The notes below the pieces were generated by a model. That model had not been told where the DNA came from, ran no database searches, and saw only the letters and a list, made by a program, of their open reading frames with translations. 64,000 nt of DNA from contig OZ024741.1 in the NCBI GenBank assembly GCA_964016885.1, forward strand, positions 26,412,001 to 26,476,000. The letters run 5' to 3'. The stretch is from Eledone cirrhosa (taxonomy: Eukaryota). The translations under genes were made by a program, and so were the position numbers. Below, piece by piece: positions 36,301 to 51,300 of this stretch. Each line of letters begins with the position of its first letter. The first letter of the stretch is position 1.

Positions 36301-39300
36301 TGTCACTGTGTATATCATATCCCACAATATTGAGGACAGAGCTCTCCTGTCACTGTGTATATTATATACCAGCAATATTGAGGGCAGAGCTCTCCTGTCA
36401 CTGTGTATATCATATCTCACAATATTGAGGACAGAGCTCTCCTGTCACTGTGTTTATCATATCCCAGCAATATTGAGGGCACAGCTCTCCTCTCACTGTG
36501 TATATTATATCCCAGCAATATTGAAGGCAGAGCTCTCCCCTCACTGTGTATATCATATCCCACAATATTGAGGACAGAGCTCTCCTGTCACTGTGTTTAT
36601 TATATCCCAGCAATATTGAAGGCAGAGCTCTCCTGTCACTGTGTATATTATATCCCAGCAATATTGAGGGCAGAGCTCTCCTGTCACTGTGTATATTATA
36701 TCCCAGCAATATTGAAGGCAGAGCTCTCCTGTCACTGTGTTTATCATATCCCAGCAATATTGAGGACAGAGCTCTTCTGTCACTGTGTATATTATATCCC
36801 AGCAATATTGAGGGCACAGCTCTCCTCTCACTGTGTATATTATATCCCAGCAATATTGAAGGCAGAGCTCTCCTCTCACTGTGTATATTATATCCCACAA
36901 TATTGAGGGCAGAGCTCTCTTGTCACTGTGTATATTATATCCCAGCAATATTGAAGGCAGAGCTCTCCTGTCACTGTGTATATCATATCCCAGCAATATT
37001 GAGGACAGAGCTCTTCTGTCACTGTGTATATTATATCCCAGCAATATTGAGGGCACAGCTCTCCTCTCACTGTGTATATTATATCCCAGCAATATTGAAG
37101 GCAGAGCTCTCCTCTCACTGTGTATATTATATCCCACAATATTGAGGGCAGAGCTCTCTTGTCACTGTGTATATTATATCCCAGCAATATTGAAGGCAGA
37201 GCTCTCCTGTCACTGTGTATATTATATCCCAGTAATATTGAGGGCAGAGCTCTCCTCTCACTGTGTATATTATATCCCAGCAATATTGAAGGCAGAGCTC
37301 TCCTGTCACTGTGTATATTATATCCCAGCAATATTGAGGGCAGAGCTCTCCTCTCACTGTGTATATTATATCCCAGCAATATTGAAGGCAGAGCTCTCCT
37401 GTCACTGTGTATATTATATCCCAGCAATATTGAAGGCAGAGCTCTCCTCTCACTGTGTATATTATATCCCAGCAATATTGAGGGCAGAGCTCTCCTGTCA
37501 CTGTGTATATGATATCCCAGCAATATTGAGGACAGAGCTCTTCTGTCACTGTGTATATTATATCCCAGCAATATTGAGGGCAGAGCTCTCCTCTCACTGT
37601 GTATATTATATCCCAGCAATATTGAGGACAGAGCTCTCCTCTCACTGTGTATATTATATCCCAGCAATATTGAGGACAGAGCTCTCCTCTCACTGTGTAT
37701 ATTATATCCCAGCAATATTGAGGACAGAGCTCTCCTGTCACTGTGTATATTATATCCCAGCAATATTGAAGGCAGAGCTCTCCTGTCACTGTGTATATTA
37801 TATCCCAGCAATATTGAAGGCAGAGCTCTCCTGTCACTGTGTATATTATATCCCAGCAATATTGAAGGCAGAGCTCTCCTGTCACTGTGTATATTATATC
37901 CCAGCAATATTGAAGGCAGAGCTCTCCTGTCACTGTGTATATGATATCCCAGCAATATTGAGGACAGAGCTCTCCTGTCACTGTGTATATTATATCCCAG
38001 CAATATTGAGGGCAGAGCTCTCCTCTCACTGTGTATATTATATCCCAGTAATATTGAGGGCAGAGCTCTCCTCTCACTGTGTATATTATATCCCAGCAAT
38101 ATTGAAGGCAGAGCTCTCCTGTCACTGTGTATATTATATCCCAGCAATATTGAGGGCAGAGCTCTCCTCTCACTGTGTATATTATATCCCAGCAATATTG
38201 AAGGCAGAGCTCTCCTGTCACTGTGTATATTATATCCCAGCAATATTGAAGGCAGAGCTCTCCTCTCACTGTGTATATTATATCCCAGCAATATTGAGGA
38301 CAGAGCTCTTCTGTCACTGTGTATATCATATCCCAGCAATATTGAGGACAGAGCTCTCCTGTCACTGTGTATATGATATCCCAGCAATATTGAGGACAGA
38401 GCTCTCCTGTCACTGTGTATATTATATCCCAGCAATATTGAGGACAGAGCTCTCCTCTCACTGTGTATATTATATCCCAGCAATATTGAGGACAGAGCTC
38501 TCTTCTCACTGTGTATATTATATCCCAGCAATATTGAGGACAGAGCTCTCTTCTCACTGTGTATATTATATCCCAGCAATATTGAGGACAGAGCTCTCCT
38601 CTCACTGTGTATATTATATCCCAGCAATATTGAGGACAGAGCTCTCCTCTCGCTGTGTATATTATATCCCAGCAATATTGAAGGCAGAGCTCTCCTCTCA
38701 CTGTGTATATTATATCCCAGCAATATTGAGGACAGAGCTCTCCTCTCACTGTGTATATTATATCCCAGCAATATTGAGGACAGAGCTCTCCTCTCACTGT
38801 GTATATTATATCCCAGCAATATTGAGGACAGAGCTCTCTTCTCACTGTGTATATTACATCCCAGCAATATTGAGGACAGAGCTCTCTTCTCACTGTGTAT
38901 ATTATATCCCAGCAATATTGAGGACAGAGCTCTCCTCTCACTGTGTATATTATATCCCAGCAATATTGAAGGCAGAGCTCTCCTGTCACTGTGTATATTA
39001 TATCCCAGCAATATTGAGGGCAGAGCTCTCCTCTCACTTTGTATATTATATCCCAGCAATATTGAAGGCAGAGCTCTCCTGTCACTGTGTATATTATATC
39101 CCAGCAATATTGAAGGCAGAGCTCTCCTCTCACTGTGTATATTATATCCCAGCAATATTGAGGACAGAGCTCTTCTGTCACTGTGTATATTATATCCCAG
39201 CAATATTGAAGGCAGAGCTCTCCTGTCACTGTGTATATTATATCCCAGCAATATTGAAGGCAGAGCTCTCCTGTCACTGTGTATATTATATCCCAGCAAT

Positions 39301-42300
39301 ATTGAAGGCAGAGCTCTCCTGTCACTGTGTATATTATATCCCAGCAATATTGAAGGCAGAGCTCTCCTGTCACTGTGTATATTATATCCCAGCAATATTG
39401 AAGGCAGAGCTCTCCTGTCACTGTGTATATGATATCCCAGCAATATTGAGGACAGAGCTCTCCTGTCACTGTGTATATTATATCCCAGCAATATTGAGGG
39501 CAGAGCTCTCCTCTCACTGTGTATATTATATCCCAGTAATATTGAGGGCAGAGCTCTCCTCTCACTGTGTATATTATATCCCAGCAATATTGAAGGCAGA
39601 GCTCTCCTGTCACTGTGTATATTATATCCCAGCAATATTGAGGGCAGAGCTCTCCTCTCACTGTGTATATTATATCCCAGCAATATTGAAGGCAGAGCTC
39701 TCCTGTCACTGTGTATATTATATCCCAGCAATATTGAAGGCAGAGCTCTCCTCTCACTGTGTATATTATATCCCAGCAATATTGAGGACAGAGCTCTTCT
39801 GTCACTGTGTATATCATATCCCAGCAATATTGAGGACAGAGCTCTCCTGTCACTGTGTATATGATATCCCAGCAATATTGAGGACAGAGCTCTCCTGTCA
39901 CTGTGTATATTATATCCCAGCAATATTGAGGACAGAGCTCTCCTCTCACTGTGTATATTATATCCCAGCAATATTGAGGACAGAGCTCTCTTCTCACTGT
40001 GTATATTATATCCCAGCAATATTGAGGACAGAGCTCTCTTCTCACTGTGTATATTATATCCCAGCAATATTGAGGACAGAGCTCTCCTCTCACTGTGTAT
40101 ATTATATCCCAGCAATATTGAGGACAGAGCTCTCCTCTCGCTGTGTATATTATATCCCAGCAATATTGAAGGCAGAGCTCTCCTCTCACTGTGTATATTA
40201 TATCCCAGCAATATTGAGGACAGAGCTCTCCTCTCACTGTGTATATTATATCCCAGCAATATTGAGGACAGAGCTCTCCTCTCACTGTGTATATTATATC
40301 CCAGCAATATTGAGGACAGAGCTCTCTTCTCACTGTGTATATTACATCCCAGCAATATTGAGGACAGAGCTCTCTTCTCACTGTGTATATTATATCCCAG
40401 CAATATTGAGGACAGAGCTCTCCTCTCACTGTGTATATTATATCCCAGCAATATTGAAGGCAGAGCTCTCCTGTCACTGTGTATATTATATCCCAGCAAT
40501 ATTGAGGGCAGAGCTCTCCTCTCACTTTGTATATTATATCCCAGCAATATTGAAGGCAGAGCTCTCCTGTCACTGTGTATATTATATCCCAGCAATATTG
40601 AAGGCAGAGCTCTCCTCTCACTGTGTATATTATATCCCAGCAATATTGAGGACAGAGCTCTTCTGTCACTGTGTATATTATATCCCAGCAATATTGAAGG
40701 CAGAGCTCTCCTGTCACTGTGTATATTATATCCCAGCAATATTGAAGGCAGAGCTCTCCTGTCACTGTGTATATTATATCCCAGCAATATTGAAGGCAGA
40801 GCTCTCCTCTCACTGTGTATATTATATCCCAGCAATATTGAAGGCAGAGCTCTCCTGTCACTGTGTATATTATATCCCAGCAATATTGAGGACAGAGCTC
40901 TCCTGTCACTGTGTATATTATATCCCAGCAATATTGAAGGCAGAGCTCTCCTGTCACTGTGTATATTATATCCCAGCAATATTGAAGGCAGAGCTCTCCT
41001 CTCACTGTGTATATTATATCCCAGCAATATTGAAGGCAGAGCTCTCCTCTCACTGTGTATATTATATCCCAGCAATATTGAGGACAGAGCTCTCCTCTCA
41101 CTGTGTATATTATATCCCAGCAATATTGAGGACAGAGCTCTCCTCTCACTGTGTATATTATATCCCAGCAATATTGAGGACAGAGCTCTCCTGTCACTGT
41201 GTATATTATATCCCAGCAATATTGAAGGCAGAGCTCTCCTGTCACTGTGTATATTATATCCCAGCAATATTGAAGGCAGAGCTCTCCTCTCACTGTGTAT
41301 ATTATATCCCAGCAATATTGAGGACAGAGCTCTCCTCTCACTGTGTATATTATATCCCAGCAATATTGAGGTCAGAGCTCTCTTCTCACTGTGTATATTA
41401 TATCCGAGCAATATTGAGGGCAGAGCTCTCCTCTCACTGTATATATTATATCCCAGCAATATTGAAGGCAGAGCTCTTCTTTCACTGTGTATATGATATC
41501 CTAGCAATATTGAGGGCAGAGCTCTCCTGTCACTGTGTATATGATATCCCAGCAATATTGAGGACAGAGCTCTCCTGTCACTGTGTATATTATATCCCAG
41601 CAATATTGAAGGCAGAGCTCTCTTCTCACTGTGTATATTTTATCCTAGCAATATTGAGGACAGAGCTCTCTTCTCACTGTGTATATTATATCCCAGCAAT
41701 ATTGAGGACAGAGCTCTCCTGTCACTGTGTTTATTATATCCCAGCAATATTGAGGACAGAGCTCTCCTGTCACTGTGTATATGATATCCCAGCAATATTG
41801 AGGACAGAGCTCTCCTGTCACTGTGTATATGATATCCCAGCAATATTGAGGACAGAGCTCTCCTGTCACTGTGTATATTATATCCCAGCAATATTGAGGG
41901 CAGAACTGCTCCCCTCACTGTGTATATTATATCCCAGCAATATTGAAGGCAGAGCTCTTCTTTCACTGTGTATATTATATCCCAGCAATATTGAGGACAG
42001 AGCTCTCCTGTCACTGTGTATATTATATCCCAGCAATATTGAGGACAGAGCTCTCCTGTCACTGTGTATATTATATCCCAGGAATATTGAGGGCAGAACT
42101 GCTCCCCTCACTGTGTATATTATATCCCAGCAATATTGAGGACAGAGCTCTCCTGTCACTGTGTATATTATATCCCAGCAATATTGAGGGCAGAACTGCT
42201 CCCCTCACTGTGTATATTATATCCCAGCAATATTGAAGGCAGAGCTCTTCTTTCACTGTCTATATGATATCCCAGCAATATTGAAGGCAGAGCTCTCCTG

Positions 42301-45300
42301 TCACTGTGTATATTATATCCCAGCAATATTGAAGGCAGAGCTCTCCTGTCACTGTGTATATTATATCCCAGCAATATTGAAGGCAGAGCTCTCCTCTCAC
42401 TGTGTATATTATATCCCAGCAATATTGAAGGCAGAGCTCTCCTGTCACTGTGTATATTATATCCCAGCAATATTGAGGACAGAGCTCTCCTGTCACTGTG
42501 TATATTATATCCCAGCAATATTGAAGGCAGAGCTCTCCTGTCACTGTGTATATTATATCCCAGCAATATTGAAGGCAGAGCTCTCCTCTCACTGTGTATA
42601 TTATATCCCAGCAATATTGAAGGCAGAGCTCTCCTCTCACTGTGTATATTATATCCCAGCAATATTGAGGACAGAGCTCTCCTCTCACTGTGTATATTAT
42701 ATCCCAGCAATATTGAGGACAGAGCTCTCCTCTCACTGTGTATATTATATCCCAGCAATATTGAGGACAGAGCTCTCCTGTCACTGTGTATATTATATCC
42801 CAGCAATATTGAAGGCAGAGCTCTCCTGTCACTGTGTATATTATATCCCAGCAATATTGAAGGCAGAGCTCTCCTGTCACTGTGTATATTATATCCCAGC
42901 AATATTGAAGGCAGAGCTCTCCTCTCACTGTGTATATTATATCCCAGCAATATTGAAGGCAGAGCTCTCCTCTCACTGTGTATATTATATCCCAGCAATA
43001 TTGAAGGCAGAGCTCTCCTGTCACTGTGTATATTATATCCCAGCAATATTGAGGACAGAGCTCTCCTGTCACTGTGTATATTATATCCCAGCAATATTGA
43101 GGGCAGAGCTCTCCTCTCACTGTGTATATTATATCCCAGCAATATTGAAGGCAGAGCTCTCCTGTCACTGTGTATATTATATCCCAGCAATATTGAAGGC
43201 AGAGCTCTCCTGTCACTGTGTATATTATATCCCAGCAATATTGAAGGCAGAGCTCTCCTGTCACTGTGTATATTATATCCCAGCAATATTGAAGGCAGAG
43301 CTCTCCTCTCACTGTGTATATTATATCCCAGCAATATTGAAGGCAGAGCTCTCCTGTCACTGTGTATATTATATCCCAGCAATATTGAAGGCAGAGCTCT
43401 CCTGTCACTGTGTATATTATATCCCAGCAATATTGAGGACAGAGCTCTCCTCTCACTGTGTATATTATATCCCAGCAATATTGAGGACAGAGCTCTCTTC
43501 TCACTGTGTATATTATATCCCAGCAATATTGAGGACAGAGCTCTCCTCTCACTGTGTATATTATATCCCAGCAATATTGAGGACAGAGCTCTCCTCTCAC
43601 TGTGTATATTATATCCCAGCAATATTGAGGTCAGAGCTCTCTTCTCACTGTGTATATTATATCCGAGCAATATTGAGGGCAGAGCTCTCCTCTCACTGTA
43701 TATATTATATCCCAGCAATATTGAAGGCAGAGCTCTTCTTTCACTGTGTATATGATATCCTAGCAATATTGAGGGCAGAGCTCTCCTGTCACTGTGTATA
43801 TGATATCCCAGCAATATTGAGGACAGAGCTCTCCTGTCACTGTGTATATTATATCCCAGCAATATTGAAGGCAGAGCTCTCTTCTCACTGTGTATATTTT
43901 ATCCTAGCAATATTGAGGACAGAGCTCTCTTCTCACTGTGTATATTATATCCCAGCAATATTGAGGACAGAGCTCTCCTGTCACTGTGTTTATTATATCC
44001 CAGCAATATTGAGGACAGAGCTCTCCTGTCACTGTGTATATGATATCCCAGCAATATTGAGGACAGAGCTCTCCTGTCACTGTGTATATGATATCCCAGC
44101 AATATTGAGGACAGAGCTCTCCTGTCACTGTGTATATTATATCCCAGCAATATTGAGGGCAGAACTGCTCCCCTCACTGTGTATATTATATCCCAGCAAT
44201 ATTGAAGGCAGAGCTCTTCTTTCACTGTGTATATTATATCCCAGCAATATTGAGGACAGAGCTCTCCTGTCACTGTGTATATTATATCCCAGCAATATTG
44301 AGGACAGAGCTCTCCTGTCACTGTGTATATTATATCCCAGGAATATTGAGGGCAGAACTGCTCCCCTCACTGTGTATATTATATCCCAGCAATATTGAGG
44401 ACAGAGCTCTCCTCTCACTGTGTATATTATATCCCAGCAATATTGAAGGCAGAGCTCTTCTTTCACTGTGTATATGATATCCCAGCAATATTGAGGACAG
44501 AGCTCTCCTGTCACTGTGTATATTATATCCCAGCAATATTGAGGGCAGAACTGCTCCCCTCACTGTGTATATTATATCCCAGCAATATTGAAGGCAGAGC
44601 TCTTCTTTCACTGTCTATATGATATCCCAGCAATATTGAGGACAGAGCTCTCCTGTCACTGTGTATATTATATCCCAGCAATATTGAGGGCAGAACTGCT
44701 CCCCTCACTGTGTATATTATATCCCAGCAATATTGAAGGCAGAGATCTTCTTTCACTGTGTATATGATATCCCAGCAATATTGAGGACAGAGCTCTCCTG
44801 TCACTGTGTATATTATATCCCAGCAATATTGAGGGCAGAGCTCTCCTGTCACTGTGTTTATTATATCTCAGCAATATTGAAGGCAGAGCTCTCCTGTCAC
44901 TGTGTTTATTATATCCCAGCAATATTGAAGGCAGAGCTCTCCTGTCACTGTGTATATCATATCCCAGCAATATTGAGGACAGAGCTCTCCTGTCACTGTT
45001 TATTATATCCCAGGAATATTGAAGGCAGAGCTCTCCTGTCACTGTGTATATCATATCCCAGCAATATTGAAGGCAGAGCTCTCCTCTCACTGTGTATATT
45101 ATATCCCAGCAATATTGAGGGCAGAGCTCTCCTCTCACTGTGTATATCATATCCCAGCAATATTGAGGACAGAGCTCTCCTCTCACTGTGTATATTATAT
45201 CCCAGCAATATTGAGGGCAGAGCTCTCCTGTCACTGTATATCATATCCCAGCAATATTGAAGGCAGAGCTCTCCTGTCACTGTGTATATTATATCCCAGC

Positions 45301-48300
45301 AATATTGAAGGCAGAGCTCTCCTCTCACTGTGTATATTATATCCCAGCAATATTGAGGGCAGAGCTCTCTTCTCACTGTGTATATTATATCCCAGCAATA
45401 TTGAGGACAGAGCTCTCCTCTCACTGTGTATATTATATCCCAGCAATATTGAGGGCAGAGCTCTCCTCTCACTGTGTATATCATATCCCACAATATTGAG
45501 GACAGAGCTCTCCTGTCACTGTGTTTATTATATCCCAGCAATATTGAGGACAGAGCTCTCCTGTCACTGTATATCATATCCCACAATATTGAGGACAGAG
45601 CTCTCCTGTCACTGTGTATATTATATACCAGCAATATTGAGGGCAGAGCTCTCCTGTCACTGTGTATATCATATCTCACAATATTGAGGACAGAGCTCTC
45701 CTGTCACTGTGTTTATCATATCCCAGCAATATTGAGGGCACAGCTCTCCTCTCACTGTGTATATTATATCCCAGCAATATTGAAGGCAGAGCTCTCCTCT
45801 CACTGTGTATATCATATCCCACAATATTGAGGACAGAGCTCTCCTGTCACTGTGTTTATCATATCCCAGCAATATTGAGGGCAGAGCTCTCCTGTCACCG
45901 TGTATATTATATCCCAGCAATATTGAGGACAGAGCTCTTCTTTCACTGTGTATATGATATCCCAGTAATATTGAGGACAGAGCTCTCCTGTCACTGTGTT
46001 TATTATATCCCACAATATTGAGGACAGAGCTTTCCTGTCACTGTGTTTATTATATCCCAGCAATATTGAAGGCAGAGCTCTCCTGTCACTGTGTATATTA
46101 TATCCCAGCAATATTGAGGGCAGAGCTCTCCTGTCACTGTGTATATTATATCCCAGCAATATTGAAGGCAGAGCTCTCCTGTCACTGTGTTTATCATATC
46201 CCAGCAATATTGAGGACAGAGCTCTCCTGTCACTGTGTATATTATATCCCAGCAATATTGAGGGCAGAGCTCTCCTCTCACTGTGTATATTATATCCCAG
46301 CAATATTGAAGGCAGAGATCTCCTGTCACTGTGTATATGATATCCCAGCAATATTGAGGACAGAGCTCTCCTGTCACTGTGTATATTATATCCCACAATA
46401 TTGAGGACAGAGCTCTCCTGTCACTGTGTATATTATATCCCAGTAATATTGAGGGCAGAGCTCTCCTGTCACTGTGTATATTATATCTCAGCAATATTGA
46501 AGGCAGAGATCTCCTGTCACTGTGTATATTATATCCCAGCAATATTGAGGGCAGAGCTCTCCTGTCACTGTGTATATTATATCCCACAATATTGAGGACA
46601 GAGCTCTCCTGTCACTGTGTATATTATATCCCAGCAATATTGAGGACAGAGCTCTCCTGTCACTGTGTATATCATATCCCACAATATTGAGGACAGAGCT
46701 CTCCTGTCACTGTGTATATTATATCCCAGTAATATTGAGGGCAGAGCTCTCTTCTCACTGTATATTATATCCCAGCAATATTGAGGGCAGAGCTCTCCTC
46801 TCACTGTGTATATTATATCCCAGCAATATTGAAGGCAGAGCTCTCCTGTCACTGTGTATATTATATCCCAGCAATATTGAGGGCAGAGCTCTCCTGTCAC
46901 TGTGTATATCATATCCCAGCAATATTGAAGGCAGAGCTCTCCTGTCAATGTGTATATTATATCCCACAATATTGAAGGCAGAGCTCTCCTCTCACTGTGT
47001 ATATTATATCCCAGCAATATTGAGGACAGAGCTCTCCTCTCACTGTGTATATTATATCCCACAATATTGAAGGCAGAGCTCTCCTGTCACTGTGTATATC
47101 ATATCCCAGCAATATTGAGGACAGAGCTCTCCTCTCACTGTGTATATTATATCCCACAATATTGAAGGCAGAGCTCTCCTGTCACTGTGTATATCATATC
47201 CCAGCAATATTGAAGGCAGAGCTCTCCTGTCACTGTGTATATTATATCCCAGCAATATTGAGGGCAGAGCTCTCCTCTCACTGTGTATATTATATCCCAG
47301 CAATATTGAGGACAGAGCTCTCCTCTCACTGTGTATATCATATCCCAGCAATATTGAAGGCAGAGCTCTCCTGTCACTGTGTATATTATATCCCAGCAAT
47401 ATTGAGGGCAGAGCTCTCCTCTCACTGTGTATATTATATCCCAGCAATATTGAGGACAGAGCTCTCCTCTCACTGTGTATATTATATCCCAGCAATATTG
47501 AAGGCAGAGCTCTCCTGTCACTGTGTATATTATATCCCAGCAATATTGAAGGCAGAGCTCTCCTCTCACTGTGTATATTATATCCCAGCAATATTGAGGA
47601 CAGAGCTCTTCTGTCACTGTGTATATGATATCCCAGCAATATTGAGGACAGAGCTCTTCTGTCACTGTGTATATTATATCCCAGCAATATTGAGGGCAGA
47701 GCTCTCCTCTCACTGTGTATATTATATCCCAGCAATATTGAGGACAGAGCTCTCCTCTCACTGTGTATATTATATCCCAGCAATATTGAGGACAGAGCTC
47801 TCTTCTCACTGTGTATATTATATCCCAGCAATATTGAGGACAGAGCTCTCTTCTCACTGTGTATATTATATCCCAGCAATATTGAGGACAGAGCTCTCCT
47901 CTCACTGTGTATATTATATCCCAGCAATATTGAGGACAGAGCTCTCCTCTCGCTGTGTATATTATATCCCAGCAATATTGAAGGCAGAGCTCTCCTCTCA
48001 CTGTGTATATTATATCCCAGCAATATTGAGGACAGAGCTCTCCTCTCACTGTGTATATTATATCCCAGCAATATTGAGGACAGAGCTCTCCTCTCACTGT
48101 GTATATTATATCCCAGCAATATTGAGGGCAGAGCTCTCCTCTCACTGTGTATATCATATCCCACAATATTGAGGACAGAGCTCTCCTGTCACTGTGTTTA
48201 TTATATCCCAGCAATATTGAGGACAGAGCTCTCCTGTCACTGTGTATATCATATCCCACAATATTGAGGACAGAGCTCTCCTGTCACTGTGTATATTATA

Positions 48301-51300
48301 TACCAGCAATATTGAGGGCAGAGCTCTCCTGTCACTGTGTATATCATATCTCACAATATTGAGGACAGAGCTCTCCTGTCACTGTGTTTATCATATCCCA
48401 GCAATATTGAGGGCACAGCTCTCCTCTCACTGTGTATATTATATCCCAGCAATATTGAAGGCAGAGCTCTCCCCTCACTGTGTATATCATATCCCACAAT
48501 ATTGAGGACAGAGCTCTCCTGTCACTGTGTTTATTATATCCCAGCAATATTGAAGGCAGAGCTCTCCTGTCACTGTGTATATTATATCCCAGCAATATTG
48601 AGGGCAGAGCTCTCCTGTCACTGTGTATATTATATCCCAGCAATATTGAAGGCAGAGCTCTCCTGTCACTGTGTTTATCATATCCCAGCAATATTGAGGA
48701 CAGAGCTCTTCTGTCACTGTGTATATTATATCCCAGCAATATTGAGGGCACAGCTCTCCTCTCACTGTGTATATTATATCCCAGCAATATTGAAGGCAGA
48801 GCTCTCCTCTCACTGTGTATATTATATCCCACAACATTGAGGGCAGAGCTCTCTTGTCACTGTGTATATTATATCCCAGCAATATTGAAGGCAGAGCTCT
48901 CCTGTCACTGTGTATATCATATCCCAGCAATATTGAGGACAGAGCTCTTCTGTCACTGTGTATATTATATCCCAGCAATATTGAGGGCACAGCTCTCCTC
49001 TCACTGTGTATATTATATCCCAGCAATATTGAAGGCAGAGCTCTCCTCTCACTGTGTATATTATATCCCACAATATTGAGGGCAGAGCTCTCTTGTCACT
49101 GTGTATATTATATCCCAGCAATATTGAAGGCAGAGCTCTCCTGTCACTGTGTATATTATATCCCAGTAATATTGAGGGCAGAGCTCTCCTCTCACTGTGT
49201 ATATTATATCCCAGCAATATTGAAGGCAGAGCTCTCCTGTCACTGTGTATATTATATCCCAGCAATATTGAGGGCAGAGCTCTCCTCTCACTGTGTATAT
49301 TATATCCCAGCAATATTGAAGGCAGAGCTCTCCTGTCACTGTGTATATTATATCCCAGCAATATTGAAGGCAGAGCTCTCCTCTCACTGTGTATATTATA
49401 TCCCAGCAATATTGAGGGCAGAGCTCTCCTGTCACTGTGTATATGATATCCCAGCAATATTGAGGACAGAGCTCTTCTGTCACTGTGTATATTATATCCC
49501 AGCAATATTGAGGGCAGAGCTCTCCTCTCACTGTGTATATTATATCCCAGCAATATTGAGGACAGAGCTCTCCTCTCACTGTGTATATTATATCCCAGCA
49601 ATATTGAGGACAGAGCTCTCCTCTCACTGTGTATATTATATCCCAGCAATATTGAGGACAGAGCTCTCCTGTCACTGTGTATATTATATCCCAGCAATAT
49701 TGAAGGCAGAGCTCTCCTGTCACTGTGTATATTATATCCCAGCAATATTGAGGACAGAGCTCTCTTCTCACTGTGTATATTATATCCCAGCAATATTGAG
49801 GACAGAGCTCTCTTCTCACTGTGTATATTATATCCCAGCAATATTGAGGACAGAGCTCTCTTCTCACTGTGTATATTATATCCCAGCAATATTGAGGACA
49901 GAGCTCTCCTCTCACTGTGTATATTATATCCCAGCAATATTGAGGACAGAGCTCTCCTCTCGCTGTGTATATTATATCCCAGCAATATTGAAGGCAGAGC
50001 TCTCCTCTCACTGTGTATATTATATCCCAGCAATATTGAGGACAGAGCTCTCCTCTCACTGTGTATATTATATCCCAGCAATATTGAGGACAGAGCTCTC
50101 CTCTCACTGTGTATATTATATCCCAGCAATATTGAGGACAGAGCTCTCTTCTCACTGTGTATATTACATCCCAGCAATATTGAGGACAGAGCTCTCTTCT
50201 CACTGTGTATATTATATCCCAGCAATATTGAGGACAGAGCTCTCCTCTCACTGTGTATATTATATCCCAGCAATATTGAAGGCAGAGCTCTCCTGTCACT
50301 GTGTATATTATATCCCAGCAATATTGAGGGCAGAGCTCTCCTCTCACTTTGTATATTATATCCCAGCAATATTGAAGGCAGAGCTCTCCTGTCACTGTGT
50401 ATATTATATCCCAGCAATATTGAAGGCAGAGCTCTCCTCTCACTGTGTATATTATATCCCAGCAATATTGAGGACAGAGCTCTTCTGTCACTGTGTATAT
50501 TATATCCCAGCAATATTGAAGGCAGAGCTCTCCTGTCACTGTGTATATTATATCCCAGCAATATTGAAGGCAGAGCTCTCCTGTCACTGTGTATATTATA
50601 TCCCAGCAATATTGAAGGCAGAGCTCTCCTCTCACTGTGTATATTATATCCCAGCAATATTGAAGGCAGAGCTCTCCTGTCACTGTGTATATTATATCCC
50701 AGCAATATTGAGGACAGAGCTCTCCTGTCACTGTGTATATTATATCCCAGCAATATTGAAGGCAGAGCTCTCCTGTCACTGTGTATATTATATCCCAGCA
50801 ATATTGAAGGCAGAGCTCTCCTCTCACTGTGTATATTATATCCCAGCAATATTGAAGGCAGAGCTCTCCTCTCACTGTGTATATTATATCCCAGCAATAT
50901 TGAGGACAGAGCTCTCCTCTCACTGTGTATATTATATCCCAGCAATATTGAGGACAGAGCTCTCCTCTCACTGTGTATATTATATCCCAGCAATATTGAG
51001 GACAGAGCTCTCCTGTCACTGTGTATATTATATCCCAGCAATATTGAAGGCAGAGCTCTCCTGTCACTGTGTATATTATATCCCAGCAATATTGAAGGCA
51101 GAGCTCTCCTCTCACTGTGTATATTATATCCCAGCAATATTGAGGACAGAGCTCTCCTCTCACTGTGTATATTATATCCCAGCAATATTGAGGTCAGAGC
51201 TCTCTTCTCACTGTGTATATTATATCCGAGCAATATTGAGGGCAGAGCTCTCCTCTCACTGTATATATTATATCCCAGCAATATTGAAGGCAGAGCTCTT